In this document: piece by piece, positions 63,473 to 64,000 of the stretch
Layout: every line of letters begins with the position of its first letter
Position numbering within the stretch: position 1 is the first letter of the stretch
DNA from: Oceanispirochaeta sp.
GTDB lineage: Bacteria > Spirochaetota > Spirochaetia > DSM-2461
NCBI GenBank assembly: GCA_963666275.2
Contig: CAXXOA010000002.1
Coordinates: forward strand, 672,001-736,000
Direction of reading: 5' to 3'
DNA length: 64,000 nucleotides
Made by a program: the position numbers and the translations under genes
Notes under the pieces: generated by a model
What the model saw: the letters and a program-made list of their open reading frames with translations, nothing else
Told to the model about the DNA's origin: nothing
Database searches by the model: none

Positions 63473-63557
63473 AGCTGTGATTGTGAGGACCGCTCCAGGG
63501 GCTGAATCATCATGTAGAATTTCCGGGGAGCCTGGACTCCCCGGAGAATGAGCATTT

Positions 63558-64000
63558 TCAGTAATCGGGTTTGCCGAAGAAATAGGTTCCGTAAAAACTT
63601 CCCACAGCCACATAGTTCTCCCCGATCACAGGGGAATCCAGCCAGTCCTCGTCAAAGACAATCTCCTTTTCCAGGGAAGGTTTCAGGGGATTGCTTATAT
63701 CGTAGAAGACCAGGGCCGGTTCGTTTTTATCTATGGAACCATTGGCCAGACAGAGAAGATTCCCCTGTACATCGAAGTCGAACTTTTTCATATCAGGATC
63801 CCAGACCTTTTCCTTTACGGGATGGGAGGGATCGCTTATGTCAATCATCATGATTTTCCGGTCTTCCGTTTGGCCGTAAAGAACATCATTGGCAGTTTTC
63901 AATCCCCCCGAGCTGATCCATATGTTGAAATCGTAAACCCCTGAGACCTGGGGGGTGGCCGGGTCTGTCAGGTCTATCACTGTCAGGTTGCCTGAGTCGT
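63558..64000 (-). CDS. LVIVD-repeat protein, C-terminal part (starts beyond the window)
   Basis: Repeats VIDLTDPATP, IDISDPSHP, YDISNPLKP. Confidence 0.75.
   Translation of the reverse strand, partial: DSGNLTVIDLTDPATPQVSGVYDFNIWISSGGLKTANDVLYGQTEDRKIMMIDISDPSHPVKEKVWDPDMKKFDFDVQGNLLCLANGSIDKNEPALVFYDISNPLKPSLEKEIVFDEDWLDSPVIGENYVAVGSFYGTYFFGKPDY

Overview
A 64-kb bacterial chromosomal stretch of accessory character. The gene style (integrase type, many lipoproteins, GGDEF/Cache sensors, TRAP system) suggests a free-living anaerobic spirochete, but this is inference. I recognised no rRNA, tRNA or CRISPR array. The first ~6.5 kb looks like a decaying mobile hotspot: a tyrosine-integrase-like pseudogene, a BrnT-like toxin/RHH antitoxin pair, an ABC1/UbiB C-terminal remnant, and an Asp-box lipoprotein gene with one premature stop. 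The most unusual signal is a ~68-69-bp double-hairpin element with covarying stems, present twice, each copy between TATT direct repeats in a GTATTG context. Copy 1 splits the integrase ORF, and removing it restores the frame exactly. The rest of the window holds small regulator-target modules with visible operators (MarR x2, WYL, TetR-FabF, GntR-TRAP), a katG-ybaN-rubredoxin-ferredoxin/rubrerythrin stress cluster, a frameshifted 7-repeat FG-GAP lipoprotein, two DEAD-box helicases, class I FBP aldolase, four diguanylate cyclases and assorted enzymes and transporters. All product calls come from motifs recognised by eye, not from database searches.
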